Virus record (IMG/VR): IMGVR_UViG_3300045051_000531
Length of the DNA stretch: 64,000 nt
Source of the DNA: a virus
Strand: one strand, 5' to 3'
The notes beneath the pieces are model-generated. The model searched no databases. It had not been told where the DNA came from and worked only from the letters and a program-made list of their open reading frames with translations. A program made the translations under genes and the position numbers. Shown here piece by piece: positions 1 through 8,520 of this stretch (the stretch's first letter is position 1; each line of letters starts with the position of its first letter).

Positions 1-5
1 ACACG

Positions 6-131
6 ATGCCCGAAGACACCAATGACAAGGTCCGCAAGACGCTGCTCGGCGGACTCCTGAACCCCTGGGTCGGCGTCGCCGCCCTGGCTGGCGCCATCGT
101 CGGCTACATCATCGGTCGCGTCGTCGGCTAA
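6..131 (+). CDS. small membrane protein (41 aa), not in ORF track
   Basis: ATG at 6, TAA at 129-131; MPEDTNDKVRKTLLGGLLNPWVGVAALAGAIVGYIIGRVVG, one Gly-rich hydrophobic helix. Confidence 0.5.
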   Translation: MPEDTNDKVRKTLLGGLLNPWVGVAALAGAIVGYIIGRVVG

Positions 132-143
132 GAAGCTGACCCC

Positions 144-1367
144 ATGGCAACGACGCCGTTCATCTTGGAGAGGGGTGGGTTCACGCAGATCCTCGGATCT
201 GCGTCATCCCTGGCCTTCGCGGCGCCGTTGTCCAACGGGAGTCGCGATGCAGCGGCTCTGACCGATGCGACTCGCATCGGCTGGTTCTGGGATCGCACGG
301 CATCCTCGGAGAAGGCGGGCCTCGTTGTACAGGGCACCGAGGTCGCGCATCTCGGTGTCTACGGCATCCGGACCATCGCGGGGTCCGAAACGGTCCCATC
401 GCTGTCGTTCATCGCGGATCCCGACACCGGGGTCTATAACGCTGGAACGAACCGGCTCGGACTCATCACAGCTGGTGTCGAGCGGCTCCGGGTCTACGAG
501 GCCGGCGGTGTCGCGTTGCGTGGGCTCGCCGGTTTCGGAGCCGATCCCGGTTCCGGTAACATGCAGGCCATCACGTACCGCGGGAACTCCGGCGGGCTCA
601 CGGAGGCCACCTATACCGTCGCGGGTGACCTGGACACCGGCATCTGGTTCCCTTCGTCAGGTTCCGTCGCCATCACGAATGACGGCACGCTAGGGTTCAG
701 TGTTACAACGACTGCGGTCACGGCGTACCGGCAGCTCCTGACACAAGCGTCGACGACGGCCGCGGCTAGTCTGCGGGCCCCGCATGGAACCGCCCCGACG
801 TCACCTGTGAACGGCGACATCTGGACGACCACGGCTGGCTTCTTCGTGCAGGTCAACGGCGCCACCGTTGGGCCGATCAGCTCCACGATCCTGTTCTCGC
901 AGACCCAGACCGTAACGGTGACCGGAACTACGCCAGGGACACTGCTTGGAACAGGTATCGGCTCTGTCACGATTCCAGCGAACTACTTCGTAGCTGGTAA
1001 GAAGATTCGGATCGCGGCGACCCTGGAAACCGCACGCCCAGCGAACAGCTTCATCGGGACATTCACGCTGACCTTCGGGAGCTGGACCGCTACGATTGCG
1101 TCGTCATCGACGAACGGTACCAGGCCTGTTGTCCTGGTTGCCGATTTTACGGTGAAGACCACTGGGGTAACAGGTACTCTGGCGGGACATCTGACCTGTA
1201 TTATTGGTCCCGGTGGCGGTGGCGCCGCGACGAACACCAATGTGTACTCCAGCACGGTCACTTTTGATACCACCGCCGCAACGACACTGACGTTGGTTGG
1301 TTCCACGAACCAGGCCAACGCCACGACGACGTGTTACGCTCTGACCATCGAATCCCTGTTCTTCTGA
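144..1367 (+). CDS. tail fibre-like structural protein
   Basis: repeated fibre-type motifs (SLSFIADPDTGVY / TVAGDLDTGIWFP; APTSPVNGDIWTTTAG), Gly/Thr-rich beta-type C-terminal domain. Confidence 0.6.
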   Translation: MATTPFILERGGFTQILGSASSLAFAAPLSNGSRDAAALTDATRIGWFWDRTASSEKAGLVVQGTEVAHLGVYGIRTIAGSETVPSLSFIADPDTGVYNAGTNRLGLITAGVERLRVYEAGGVALRGLAGFGADPGSGNMQAITYRGNSGGLTEATYTVAGDLDTGIWFPSSGSVAITNDGTLGFSVTTTAVTAYRQLLTQASTTAAASLRAPHGTAPTSPVNGDIWTTTAGFFVQVNGATVGPISSTILFSQTQTVTVTGTTPGTLLGTGIGSVTIPANYFVAGKKIRIAATLETARPANSFIGTFTLTFGSWTATIASSSTNGTRPVVLVADFTVKTTGVTGTLAGHLTCIIGPGGGGAATNTNVYSSTVTFDTTAATTLTLVGSTNQANATTTCYALTIESLFF

Positions 1368-1374
1368 GGTACCC

Positions 1375-1884
1375 ATGGGTGAACTTCTCGACGAAGTCAC
1401 GACAAACGAATCCATCACGACCTACACGCGGTCGTACGCCGGTGGATTCGAGAACCCCTACAACGGGGCCCCGTCGCTGACGTTCCATATGCACCGGGTC
1501 ACGATCCGGAACGCCGATGACACCGTTATCGCGGCGCAGTCCCTCCCGAACGTCCATGAGCCCTACGTCCCGAACAAGACCTACGCGCTCTACAATCCGT
1601 CCACGGGTTCCAAGATCCCTGGTCAGACCGTGACGTCCGACATGGCTTACGCGGTCATCTATTCCATGATGATGCGTGCTATCCTGGATAGCCGTGTCGC
1701 CGCGGCGCAGGTCACGCTCACGATCGCCAACAACGGTGTCGCCGTTGCCCAGGCCGCCTATGACGCCGCTGTGGTCGGAGGTGACCAGCCAACCATCGAT
1801 GCCGAGCTCGCCGCGCTCACCGCAGCGCAGGCCGCGCAGACGGCTGCCCAGGCTGCCTATGATGCCGCGGTAGCGGAGATCTAA
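1375..1884 (+). CDS. hypothetical, fibre-associated protein with Ala-rich helical C-terminus
   Basis: RBS GAGG, GC3-biased codons, directly follows fibre gene. Confidence 0.55.
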   Translation: MGELLDEVTTNESITTYTRSYAGGFENPYNGAPSLTFHMHRVTIRNADDTVIAAQSLPNVHEPYVPNKTYALYNPSTGSKIPGQTVTSDMAYAVIYSMMMRAILDSRVAAAQVTLTIANNGVAVAQAAYDAAVVGGDQPTIDAELAALTAAQAAQTAAQAAYDAAVAEI

Positions 1885-1886
1885 TC

Positions 1887-2204
1887 GTGGACGTGCCACC
1901 GCTGGCTCCTGCGAGCACCGACAACAACACGGTCATCCTGTGGGTTGTCTTAGTGCTTGTCGCTGCCGTGATCCTCGTTGGCAAGGTGCTCTGGGCCAAG
2001 ATGCAGGAGAACGAGAAGCGGATGCAGGACGAGATCGCCAAGGCCAACGCCAAGGCCGAGGCCGCGAACGCCAAACTGCTCGAAGTCCACGGTGGCACCA
2101 TCATGGAGCAGCAGAAGACTCAGCTCGGGGCCAACGCTGCGATGAACCGCATGGCCGATGTCGCCGAGAAGATGACGGTCATCGTCGAGAAGAGCATGAA
2201 GTGA
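1887..2204 (+). CDS. holin-like single-TM protein with coiled coil
   Basis: TM VILWVVLVLVAAVILVG followed by basic residues and heptad-like MQENEKRMQDEIAKANAKAE. Confidence 0.5.
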   Translation: MDVPPLAPASTDNNTVILWVVLVLVAAVILVGKVLWAKMQENEKRMQDEIAKANAKAEAANAKLLEVHGGTIMEQQKTQLGANAAMNRMADVAEKMTVIVEKSMK

Positions 2205-2789
2205 ATGCCGCTCCTGCTGCCACTGATTCTGCTCGGGCTCCTCGGGTTCACGCTCTGGGGGAACACACAGCCGGCTCCGTCGGAGGACGGCATGACTGTT
2301 GTGAAGCAGAAGGCCAGGTTGCAGTGGGATTCCCAGACCTCGGGTGGGATGGATAAGGCCGATGTCTACACCGAGTTTACGAGCAATAAGTCTGGTGAGC
2401 GTCTTGGCGTTGGGCTCTTTGATGGTGGCCGTGAGCTGCGCATCCGAGACGAGGACGTCGGAAACTGGACCTACGAATCCGCCCGTTACACCTTCCTCTG
2501 GGACACCAGCACCCTCGACATCGGAGCCTGGGTCGCCGCCCGACCCGACGCCGATCCCCCTGCAGACATCGGCATCCGCCTTTCGCCTGTTCGGACCTTA
2601 TATGGGCTCCTCAGCCCCGATCTTCTCGTCGGCTCCCGGTCGGCCGGTGTGGGTGCCAGCATCTACGTCCCGCCGGGGTGGATCCCTCGGAGTTGGGATC
2701 GTTTTGGTCTTGGTCTTGGCTACCTCGTTGATTACGGCGGTGATGGTTCTGGATGGGCGCCGTACGTCTCGCTCTCGACCCGCTTCTAA
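2205..2789 (+). CDS. envelope protein: N-terminal hydrophobic anchor/signal, beta-strand-rich C-terminus ending in Phe (outer-membrane beta-barrel-like)
   Basis: MPLLLPLILLGLLGFTLWG start; alternating strands RFGLGLGYLVDY and WAPYVSLSTRF; C/G-ending codons in mid-gene. Confidence 0.6.
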   Translation: MPLLLPLILLGLLGFTLWGNTQPAPSEDGMTVVKQKARLQWDSQTSGGMDKADVYTEFTSNKSGERLGVGLFDGGRELRIRDEDVGNWTYESARYTFLWDTSTLDIGAWVAARPDADPPADIGIRLSPVRTLYGLLSPDLLVGSRSAGVGASIYVPPGWIPRSWDRFGLGLGYLVDYGGDGSGWAPYVSLSTRF

Positions 2790-2871
2790 CCCCACCCTTC
2801 GACCCCGCGGTACCGATGCCGTGAACGCTGTCGTTGCCTGTATCAAAGCCAAACTCGACTCTAAGGAGTAA
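2362..2871 (+). CDS. overlapping +1-frame lipoprotein with C-terminal TM helix (u-spanin-like architecture)
   Basis: MSTPSLRAISLVSVLALGSLMVAVS-C lipoprotein signal (Cys codon 2437-2439), P/S/T linker, TM LGVGIVLVLVLATSLITAVMVL, basic tail; stop 3 nt before next gene. Confidence 0.6.
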   Translation: MSTPSLRAISLVSVLALGSLMVAVSCASETRTSETGPTNPPVTPSSGTPAPSTSEPGSPPDPTPIPLQTSASAFRLFGPYMGSSAPIFSSAPGRPVWVPASTSRRGGSLGVGIVLVLVLATSLITAVMVLDGRRTSRSRPASNPTLRPRGTDAVNAVVACIKAKLDSKE

Positions 2872-2874
2872 CCC

Positions 2875-3234
2875 ATGGGATTCCTCGCTGACCTCGTCGC
2901 CGCCCGCGCCAAGAGCGCTCAGGAGAAGCTGGAGGCCACGTTGGTCCCCAAGAGCGGCTGGGGCTCCCGGAAGCTCTGGATCTTCGCCGGCATCGCGTTC
3001 TCCCTGGTCTGGCTGGGGCGCGGCAACCTGGTGGTCATCCTCGATGGCCTGATCTACCTCACCGGCGTCTACCTGATCACCCAGGCTGCCCATGACTGCG
3101 TCTCCGACGCCATGACGGCCTGGGTGAAGCGTCAAGAGATCCGGAGCGAGACCGAGCTCGAGATCGCCAAGCTGCAGTACGCCTCGGACACCGATCCGAT
3201 GGGCACGCCTTCCACGACGACAACGAAGCCGTAA
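2875..3234 (+). CDS. holin-like protein, two TM segments
   Basis: GSRKLWIFAGIAFSLVWLG and LVVILDGLIYLTGVYLI; RBS AAGGAG. Confidence 0.6.
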   Translation: MGFLADLVAARAKSAQEKLEATLVPKSGWGSRKLWIFAGIAFSLVWLGRGNLVVILDGLIYLTGVYLITQAAHDCVSDAMTAWVKRQEIRSETELEIAKLQYASDTDPMGTPSTTTTKP

Positions 3235-3258
3235 GTTGCTGGGGTCACGGAGCCCGAG

Positions 3259-4167
3259 ATGCCAGCTGCTGCAACCCTGGGGCGTGTACTTGGAGCTTCT
3301 GAGCACAGGCGCGGGAAGCGTACCCGTACCGCGGAGAAGCCGGAGGAGGACTCCTCGCTTTGGGACGACGTCTGGCCTGTCCTGGCTACGGTCGGAGCTT
3401 CCGCGTTCCTGACCGCTATTCTGCGGAGCCGTGGTGGCGATAGGCGGACGCAGACGACGACGTCAACGAGTACCGTGGTGCCAGAACAGCCCGAGCTGGA
3501 TGCTGGGATTCGTGATAGTCGGGTTCTCAGTACGTATGATCCGAATTCGAATCCTAAGCGAGCTCCGGCGTTGTTTCAGCGACTCGGTTTCCCAGGTCTG
3601 GCCGTAGACCCCGATAAGCCGGACACCGTTGCCGCGTCGGACGTCGAAAAGGCTATTGGCGGCGACATCGAGGTTGTACCGTCAGCGACTAAGCTTGACG
3701 ATGTGCGGGTCGAACTGCGTAGGCAACGGTGGCCGTGGTGGAGCAGGGACATGGCGAAGCCGCTCATGAGACTGCTTCCAGAAACCCCGCGAACGGTGGC
3801 GTACCATGAAACCGGACACGGTTACGACCCCAATGATAAGAGCCTCAGTAGGGCCGAGGACCGAGCAGATCTCCGGAAGGCGTTGATAGCAGGGGCCCCG
3901 CTTCCGCGCGAGAAGATCGATCAGCTCTTCGAGGGTGAGATCCCGGCGATGGCCATCGAGAACTCGGCAGCCATGGCGTCCGGGTTCCCGAAGCCGAGTG
4001 GCTGGGTCTACGACATGATGCAGAAGCAGATCCCCATCGTCAATGACACCAAGCAGGATGCCAAGGCGATTAAAGCGTTCATGAGTGGGCTGCGGAGCCC
4101 AGATACCGAGTTAGGTCGTCGGTACCTGGACTACCTCAAGGCGCAGGGCGTCCAGCCGGCCCCCTGA
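3259..4167 (+). CDS. putative virion protein with HExxH zinc-metallopeptidase-like motif
   Basis: VAYHETGHG, downstream EGEIPA; N-terminal hydrophobic helix VWPVLATVGASAFLTAIL. Confidence 0.55.
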   Translation: MPAAATLGRVLGASEHRRGKRTRTAEKPEEDSSLWDDVWPVLATVGASAFLTAILRSRGGDRRTQTTTSTSTVVPEQPELDAGIRDSRVLSTYDPNSNPKRAPALFQRLGFPGLAVDPDKPDTVAASDVEKAIGGDIEVVPSATKLDDVRVELRRQRWPWWSRDMAKPLMRLLPETPRTVAYHETGHGYDPNDKSLSRAEDRADLRKALIAGAPLPREKIDQLFEGEIPAMAIENSAAMASGFPKPSGWVYDMMQKQIPIVNDTKQDAKAIKAFMSGLRSPDTELGRRYLDYLKAQGVQPAP

Positions 4168-4191
4168 GATAAGCTAGGCTTGGAGAGCCGA

Positions 4192-4219
4192 TGGACGGGG
4201 CCCACATAGTCCGTAACTT
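4192..4219 (+). promoter_or_regulatory. sigma70-like promoter TGGACG-N16-TAACTT
   Basis: in intergenic gap; CCGTAACTT shared with the promoter at 39864-39892. Confidence 0.4.
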
Positions 4220-4246
4220 TGCGGTACCCCCTTTATGAGGTCCCAG

Positions 4247-4666
4247 ATGCCTGACTCCCTGATCCGCAAGCTGGCTGGTGTTCGCAAGCTGGCGTTCATG
4301 ACGATCCCAGGCGCCGTCATCGGGGGTGTTGGTGGCGCCATCGATGACGAGGACCGCTCCGAGGGTACCGGGGACAAGTTCATGCGTGGTGCCGCCACTG
4401 GTGGCATCACCGGGCTCGGCGCCGACATCGGGGCCATCGGGGGTGCCCTGGCTGGGATGCATCTCTCCGACGACAAAAACAAGTTGAGGGGTGCCATCAT
4501 CGGTGGCGGTGCCGGGGCTGTGAGCCTGGGCATCCTGGCGTATCTGCTGGCACGTAAGAAGGACAAGTACAAGCAGACCACGTACCTCGACAAGCCAGCG
4601 CGGCCCCTGGCTGCTGGTAGCGCTGCCGATCTCGGGCTCCTCGGGGCCGGACTCGCGGCTTCCTGA
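4247..4666 (+). CDS. glycine-zipper membrane protein, putative internal head protein
   Basis: MPDSLIRKLAGVRKLA leader, three GxxxG helices; start chosen from GAGG RBS (track starts at 4235). Confidence 0.65.
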   Translation: MPDSLIRKLAGVRKLAFMTIPGAVIGGVGGAIDDEDRSEGTGDKFMRGAATGGITGLGADIGAIGGALAGMHLSDDKNKLRGAIIGGGAGAVSLGILAYLLARKKDKYKQTTYLDKPARPLAAGSAADLGLLGAGLAAS

Positions 4667-4673
4667 GATCATT

Positions 4674-5396
4674 ATGCCGCTGAATCAGAAGGCCAAAAAG
4701 GTTCTGGATTCCATGAAGAAGCAGTACGGCGCCGAAGAAGGCGAGCGGGTCTTCTATGCCACGGCAAATAAGCAGGGGCGCAAGGCGGAGACCTGGACCA
4801 AGGAAGCCGCGGCGTGCTGCGGTTCCAAGTTGAAGAAGCGGCTCAAGAAGCGGGCCCAGAGTCCGCAGGAGCACTTCGCTGGGACCGTCGAGGAGCTCGA
4901 GCACACCGACAAGCCGGTGGTCGCGAAGCGGATCGCTGAGGACCACCTCGACGAGGACAGCAACTATTACAAGAAGCTCGACGAAGCCGGACTCTTCGGG
5001 GACAAGGCTTCGGAGACCAAGCAGGCCGCGTACTACGAGGTCGGGGACCCCGAGGATGACGACAAGCCGTCATTGATGTGGAACGTCCTCGGCGGTGCCG
5101 GTCTTGGTGCCGCTGCCGGTGTCGCCGGTGGCGGCGGTTACGGGGCCCTGAGTGGTTACTCCGATTACAAGACGAACACGGCCCCCGTGCTGAGCGCAGC
5201 CAGGAACCTGGCGACAGAAAACAACCTTCCGCCTCCGTACTTCGAGATGATCGATAGGGCGAACCAGGAAGCCGGTGGATCTCCGAGTGGAGCCGCCTGG
5301 AAGGGGTTCTCCGAGAACAGCTGGAAGCCAGGCCTCTGGGGTGCCGGGATCGGTGCCGGGATCGGTGCCCTGCGTTACCTCCTGAGCCGCGGTTAA
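4674..5396 (+). CDS. modular virion protein: DUF5661-like domain plus glycine-zipper helices
   Basis: GTVEELEHTDKPVVAKRIAEDHLDEDSNYYKKL resembles DUF5661; modules separated by KEAA, KRA, KQAA. Confidence 0.6.
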   Translation: MPLNQKAKKVLDSMKKQYGAEEGERVFYATANKQGRKAETWTKEAAACCGSKLKKRLKKRAQSPQEHFAGTVEELEHTDKPVVAKRIAEDHLDEDSNYYKKLDEAGLFGDKASETKQAAYYEVGDPEDDDKPSLMWNVLGGAGLGAAAGVAGGGGYGALSGYSDYKTNTAPVLSAARNLATENNLPPPYFEMIDRANQEAGGSPSGAAWKGFSENSWKPGLWGAGIGAGIGALRYLLSRG

Positions 5397-5407
5397 CAGG
5401 ATTAGAG

Positions 5408-6985
5408 ATGCCACGTCCGCAGTTCATGCAGACCTACCTGAACGCGTGGCGTGCCAACCCGGTTCGCACGCTGCGCGATACCGGGCTGGTGTCTGGTCTC
5501 GGCATGTTCTCGGCGAATCAGGCCTGGAATCTGCTGAGCCCGGAGCGTCGTCGAGCCAACGCTGATATCGTCAGCAAGAACATGTCCAAGGGCGTCATCG
5601 ACGCCTTGGTCCCTCCGGACATGACGCAGAAGCTTCGGGACCAGGTTTCCGGGCTCCCGCAGGGGATCAGGCAAAGCATGGAGGCCGGTATTCAGGGCGG
5701 CTTCCGGGAAGGTACCAGCGACCTGTTTAAGAGCGTTAAGAACAACACCCCGGCATGGTTGGCGGCTGGTTCCGCGGTTCTCGCGGTTCCCACACTGGCG
5801 TACCTGTTGTCGCAGTGGAGTTCAGAGCGGGAGTCCAAACTCGACGCTGACAAGGCGAAGGCCGATGTAGCCAAGCTCAAGCTGCGCCGTAGTCGGGCGC
5901 TGTCGTTGAAGCGGCGGAAGCGCGACATCGAACGTCGCGCACAGGCTCTCATGGCTGAGCGGCTCGGTACGGTCGGGCTTCCTGGCGAAGCTGGACCCGC
6001 CGCGATCGGGTTGCAGCCCAAGCTGGCTGGTTGGCGTAAGCTGGCAGCACAGCAGAAGCAGGCGATTCGATTCTGGCCGCGCCGGCTTGGCGGCGCCCCG
6101 AGCACACCCCCGAAGCCGGTGGTCCCCGCGGAGCCGCGGGCCTTCTCGAACTCGCTGCTCTGGGGTCTCGGTCTCGGCGGTGCCGGGCTTGGTGCCTACA
6201 ACGTCGGTACCGGCATCCACGGTGGCGTCGGTGTCGCCAAGAAGCTGATCTCGGATCCCGAGGCCGCCTCGGACATCGTGAATCAGTACGCCTCGCGGAC
6301 CGCGGATCTGGTGCGCGAGAACCTCCCGTTGTCTGACATCGGGCGCGTGGCTGGTGAGGCTGCATCGACAACGGCCATCGGGCTGCTGAAGTCACCTTGG
6401 ACCTATGCTGGTATCGGAGCCACAGTTGGCGCTCCGTATCTCCTGGCGTACCTGCTTGGTGGTCGGAAGCGCCGGAAGCCGGCGAAGACGGCTGCGTTAC
6501 TTGATTACGCGCCGGCAGCGGCTGCGCTAGCTCCACTGGGGTTGTTGGCGAATCGGCGGATCCGGCACTACGCCAGGAATCACGCCTGGCCAGCACTTGG
6601 AACTGGTATGGCGTACACCACGGCCGGACTCGGGCTGGCCTCTACGGTGGACCCACAGCTGCCAGCTCGGGTCTATTCGAGTGCGGCGGCCAAGGCGTTG
6701 CCGGCTATGTTCAGCTTGAATGGCGCCATGCGGGAGCGGCTCAGCGAGCCGCTGGCGAGCACGATGCAGAGCACGATTGGCGGGCTGCCATACAAGGTGT
6801 TCCAGACCGCCAAGGATAGCTCGAAGCGCCTGTTCGATACCGTCAAGGACTCCTTCGAGAAGCGCCCCGTGTACTCTGGAACGGTGGTCGGGCTCGGAGC
6901 TACAGCACTGGGGACCCTTGGTTACTTGTTGTGGAAACAGACACGTCGACAGGCTGAGGACATCGCGGAGGACAAACCAACGTGA
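5408..6985 (+). CDS. multi-TM putative internal head protein
   Basis: several Gly/Ala helices ending LAYLL/LGYLL; KLAG, RKLAA, KTAA motifs. Confidence 0.65.
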   Translation: MPRPQFMQTYLNAWRANPVRTLRDTGLVSGLGMFSANQAWNLLSPERRRANADIVSKNMSKGVIDALVPPDMTQKLRDQVSGLPQGIRQSMEAGIQGGFREGTSDLFKSVKNNTPAWLAAGSAVLAVPTLAYLLSQWSSERESKLDADKAKADVAKLKLRRSRALSLKRRKRDIERRAQALMAERLGTVGLPGEAGPAAIGLQPKLAGWRKLAAQQKQAIRFWPRRLGGAPSTPPKPVVPAEPRAFSNSLLWGLGLGGAGLGAYNVGTGIHGGVGVAKKLISDPEAASDIVNQYASRTADLVRENLPLSDIGRVAGEAASTTAIGLLKSPWTYAGIGATVGAPYLLAYLLGGRKRRKPAKTAALLDYAPAAAALAPLGLLANRRIRHYARNHAWPALGTGMAYTTAGLGLASTVDPQLPARVYSSAAAKALPAMFSLNGAMRERLSEPLASTMQSTIGGLPYKVFQTAKDSSKRLFDTVKDSFEKRPVYSGTVVGLGATALGTLGYLLWKQTRRQAEDIAEDKPT

Positions 6986-8520
6986 CCGAGCCGGACCTGA
7001 CTCCGAAGACCAACGCGCCGCCGAGGAACACCGATACCGGTGGTCGCCCGGCGCGCCCGTCGAACGCCGTTCTGATGCGACAGGCCGGGCAGGTCGAACG
7101 CTACAGCGGCGGCACCCCGATCTACGAGAAGCTCGGTGCGTTCATCGTCGATGTCACCGCGGCACGGATCCGGGCTGATCTCCAGAAACGGGCGTCGGCG
7201 GTCCTGCAGTTCCCGACGCGCGAGATCGAGATCCGGCTCACCAAGCTGGCTGGTGTCGCCAATGAGCCCGAGGTCGACGACCACGACTCCGCTCCCACCG
7301 ACAAGATGCGGCCTCGCGCCGAGCTCATCCTGTGGAACCGTGACGGCGTCTACGCCATCGACAGGGGATCCTACATCCTGTTCCCAGGTGGCGGCATCGA
7401 TGATGGCGAACAGCCCAGGGATGCCGCGATCCGGGAGACCTTGGAGGAGTCCAACCGTCACCCCATCAACGTGGTCAACGCGGGCATCGTGGAGTCCGTG
7501 TGGCCGCTGGATTCCGGGAACGAGTTCTGGGATGACTCCGACTTCGATGGCGAGCGGACCTACTTCTTCTCGGGCGTCGACGCCGGTGAAGCCGGGATCA
7601 CGCACGAGGACCGCGAGGACTTCGCAGTCATCGGGTTCGATGAGCTCATCACCAAGCTGGAAGCGCTCATCGAACGTGACGACCAGACCTGGGCGGCTCA
7701 GAACAACCGGACCCGTCTCAAGCTGGTCAAGCACGCCAAGCGGATGGCGGCCTCACGCGTCAACCTGAAGCCGATCAAGCAGGCCGCTGTGGCTGAGCAG
7801 GCCCTGGCTGAGGTCCAGCCTGCTGCGGCTCCAACTGGCCCAGCTCCGATCCCGACGCACCCCACCACCGCGGTTCCCACGAACCCTGGTGAGGCCCCGC
7901 CGCCCGCTCAGGACGGCCAGCCGGAGACCACCGACAACAAGACGTTCGTGGCTGGTCTGGCGCAGAAGTTCGTGCCTGCAGAGGGTGACCAACAGCCTGG
8001 TACCGTTGCCGAGAAGCCGATCGCACCACAGGGCGCCACGGCTCCCGAAGGTGCCACGGCCCCAGAGGGTCAGACTGCTCCGGTCACCAAGACTGCGGAC
8101 GCCGCCAACCTGATGCGGCGGAACCAGTACATCATGGTGACCCCCGATGGCCGCGTCATCGTGCGTCGGCTGCCGAATCGGAGGTTCTCGTTCCCCGAGC
8201 AGGGCACCGGCAAGCGGGCCCCCTACGAGGAGCCCGTGCGTCTGCTGCCGCCAACCGGTGTCCCGGAGCCCGGCTACCATGGCTACGAAGTCGGTCTCCA
8301 TGTCGGTGACGCTCCCGAAGCGATCCCCGAGGGATTCGAGGCGGTGCCCTCAGAGGAAGCTCTCAAGGAGCTCTACGCCTCGATGGGTCTCTCCGCAAAC
8401 CGTCCCTTTCAGGCCTTGGATCGCGCCCGAGCCCGCGCCTTGGTCCGCCTGCTGAGGAAGCGCAAGAAGCCCGAGATCACTCCCACGGTCATCCCAGAGG
8501 TTCCAGGTGCCCCGCTCTAA
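6982..8520 (+). CDS. NUDIX hydrolase domain protein (putative virion cargo)
   Basis: Nudix box FPGGGIDDGEQPRDAAIRETLEES; GTGA overlap with upstream gene; KRAS, KLAG, KQAA, KTAD at module borders. Confidence 0.8.
   Translation: MTEPDLTPKTNAPPRNTDTGGRPARPSNAVLMRQAGQVERYSGGTPIYEKLGAFIVDVTAARIRADLQKRASAVLQFPTREIEIRLTKLAGVANEPEVDDHDSAPTDKMRPRAELILWNRDGVYAIDRGSYILFPGGGIDDGEQPRDAAIRETLEESNRHPINVVNAGIVESVWPLDSGNEFWDDSDFDGERTYFFSGVDAGEAGITHEDREDFAVIGFDELITKLEALIERDDQTWAAQNNRTRLKLVKHAKRMAASRVNLKPIKQAAVAEQALAEVQPAAAPTGPAPIPTHPTTAVPTNPGEAPPPAQDGQPETTDNKTFVAGLAQKFVPAEGDQQPGTVAEKPIAPQGATAPEGATAPEGQTAPVTKTADAANLMRRNQYIMVTPDGRVIVRRLPNRRFSFPEQGTGKRAPYEEPVRLLPPTGVPEPGYHGYEVGLHVGDAPEAIPEGFEAVPSEEALKELYASMGLSANRPFQALDRARARALVRLLRKRKKPEITPTVIPEVPGAPL

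Noticed and set aside
1887-2204. i-spanin assignment for the TM plus coiled-coil protein
   Set aside because: Acidic N-terminus and basic residues after the helix suggest C-in topology, so holin-like is preferred
3500-3610. Short hydrophobic +1-frame ORF inside 3259-4167
   Set aside because: About 35 codons, no RBS; host gene has relaxed codon bias throughout, unlike the localized T3 signal at 2376-2753
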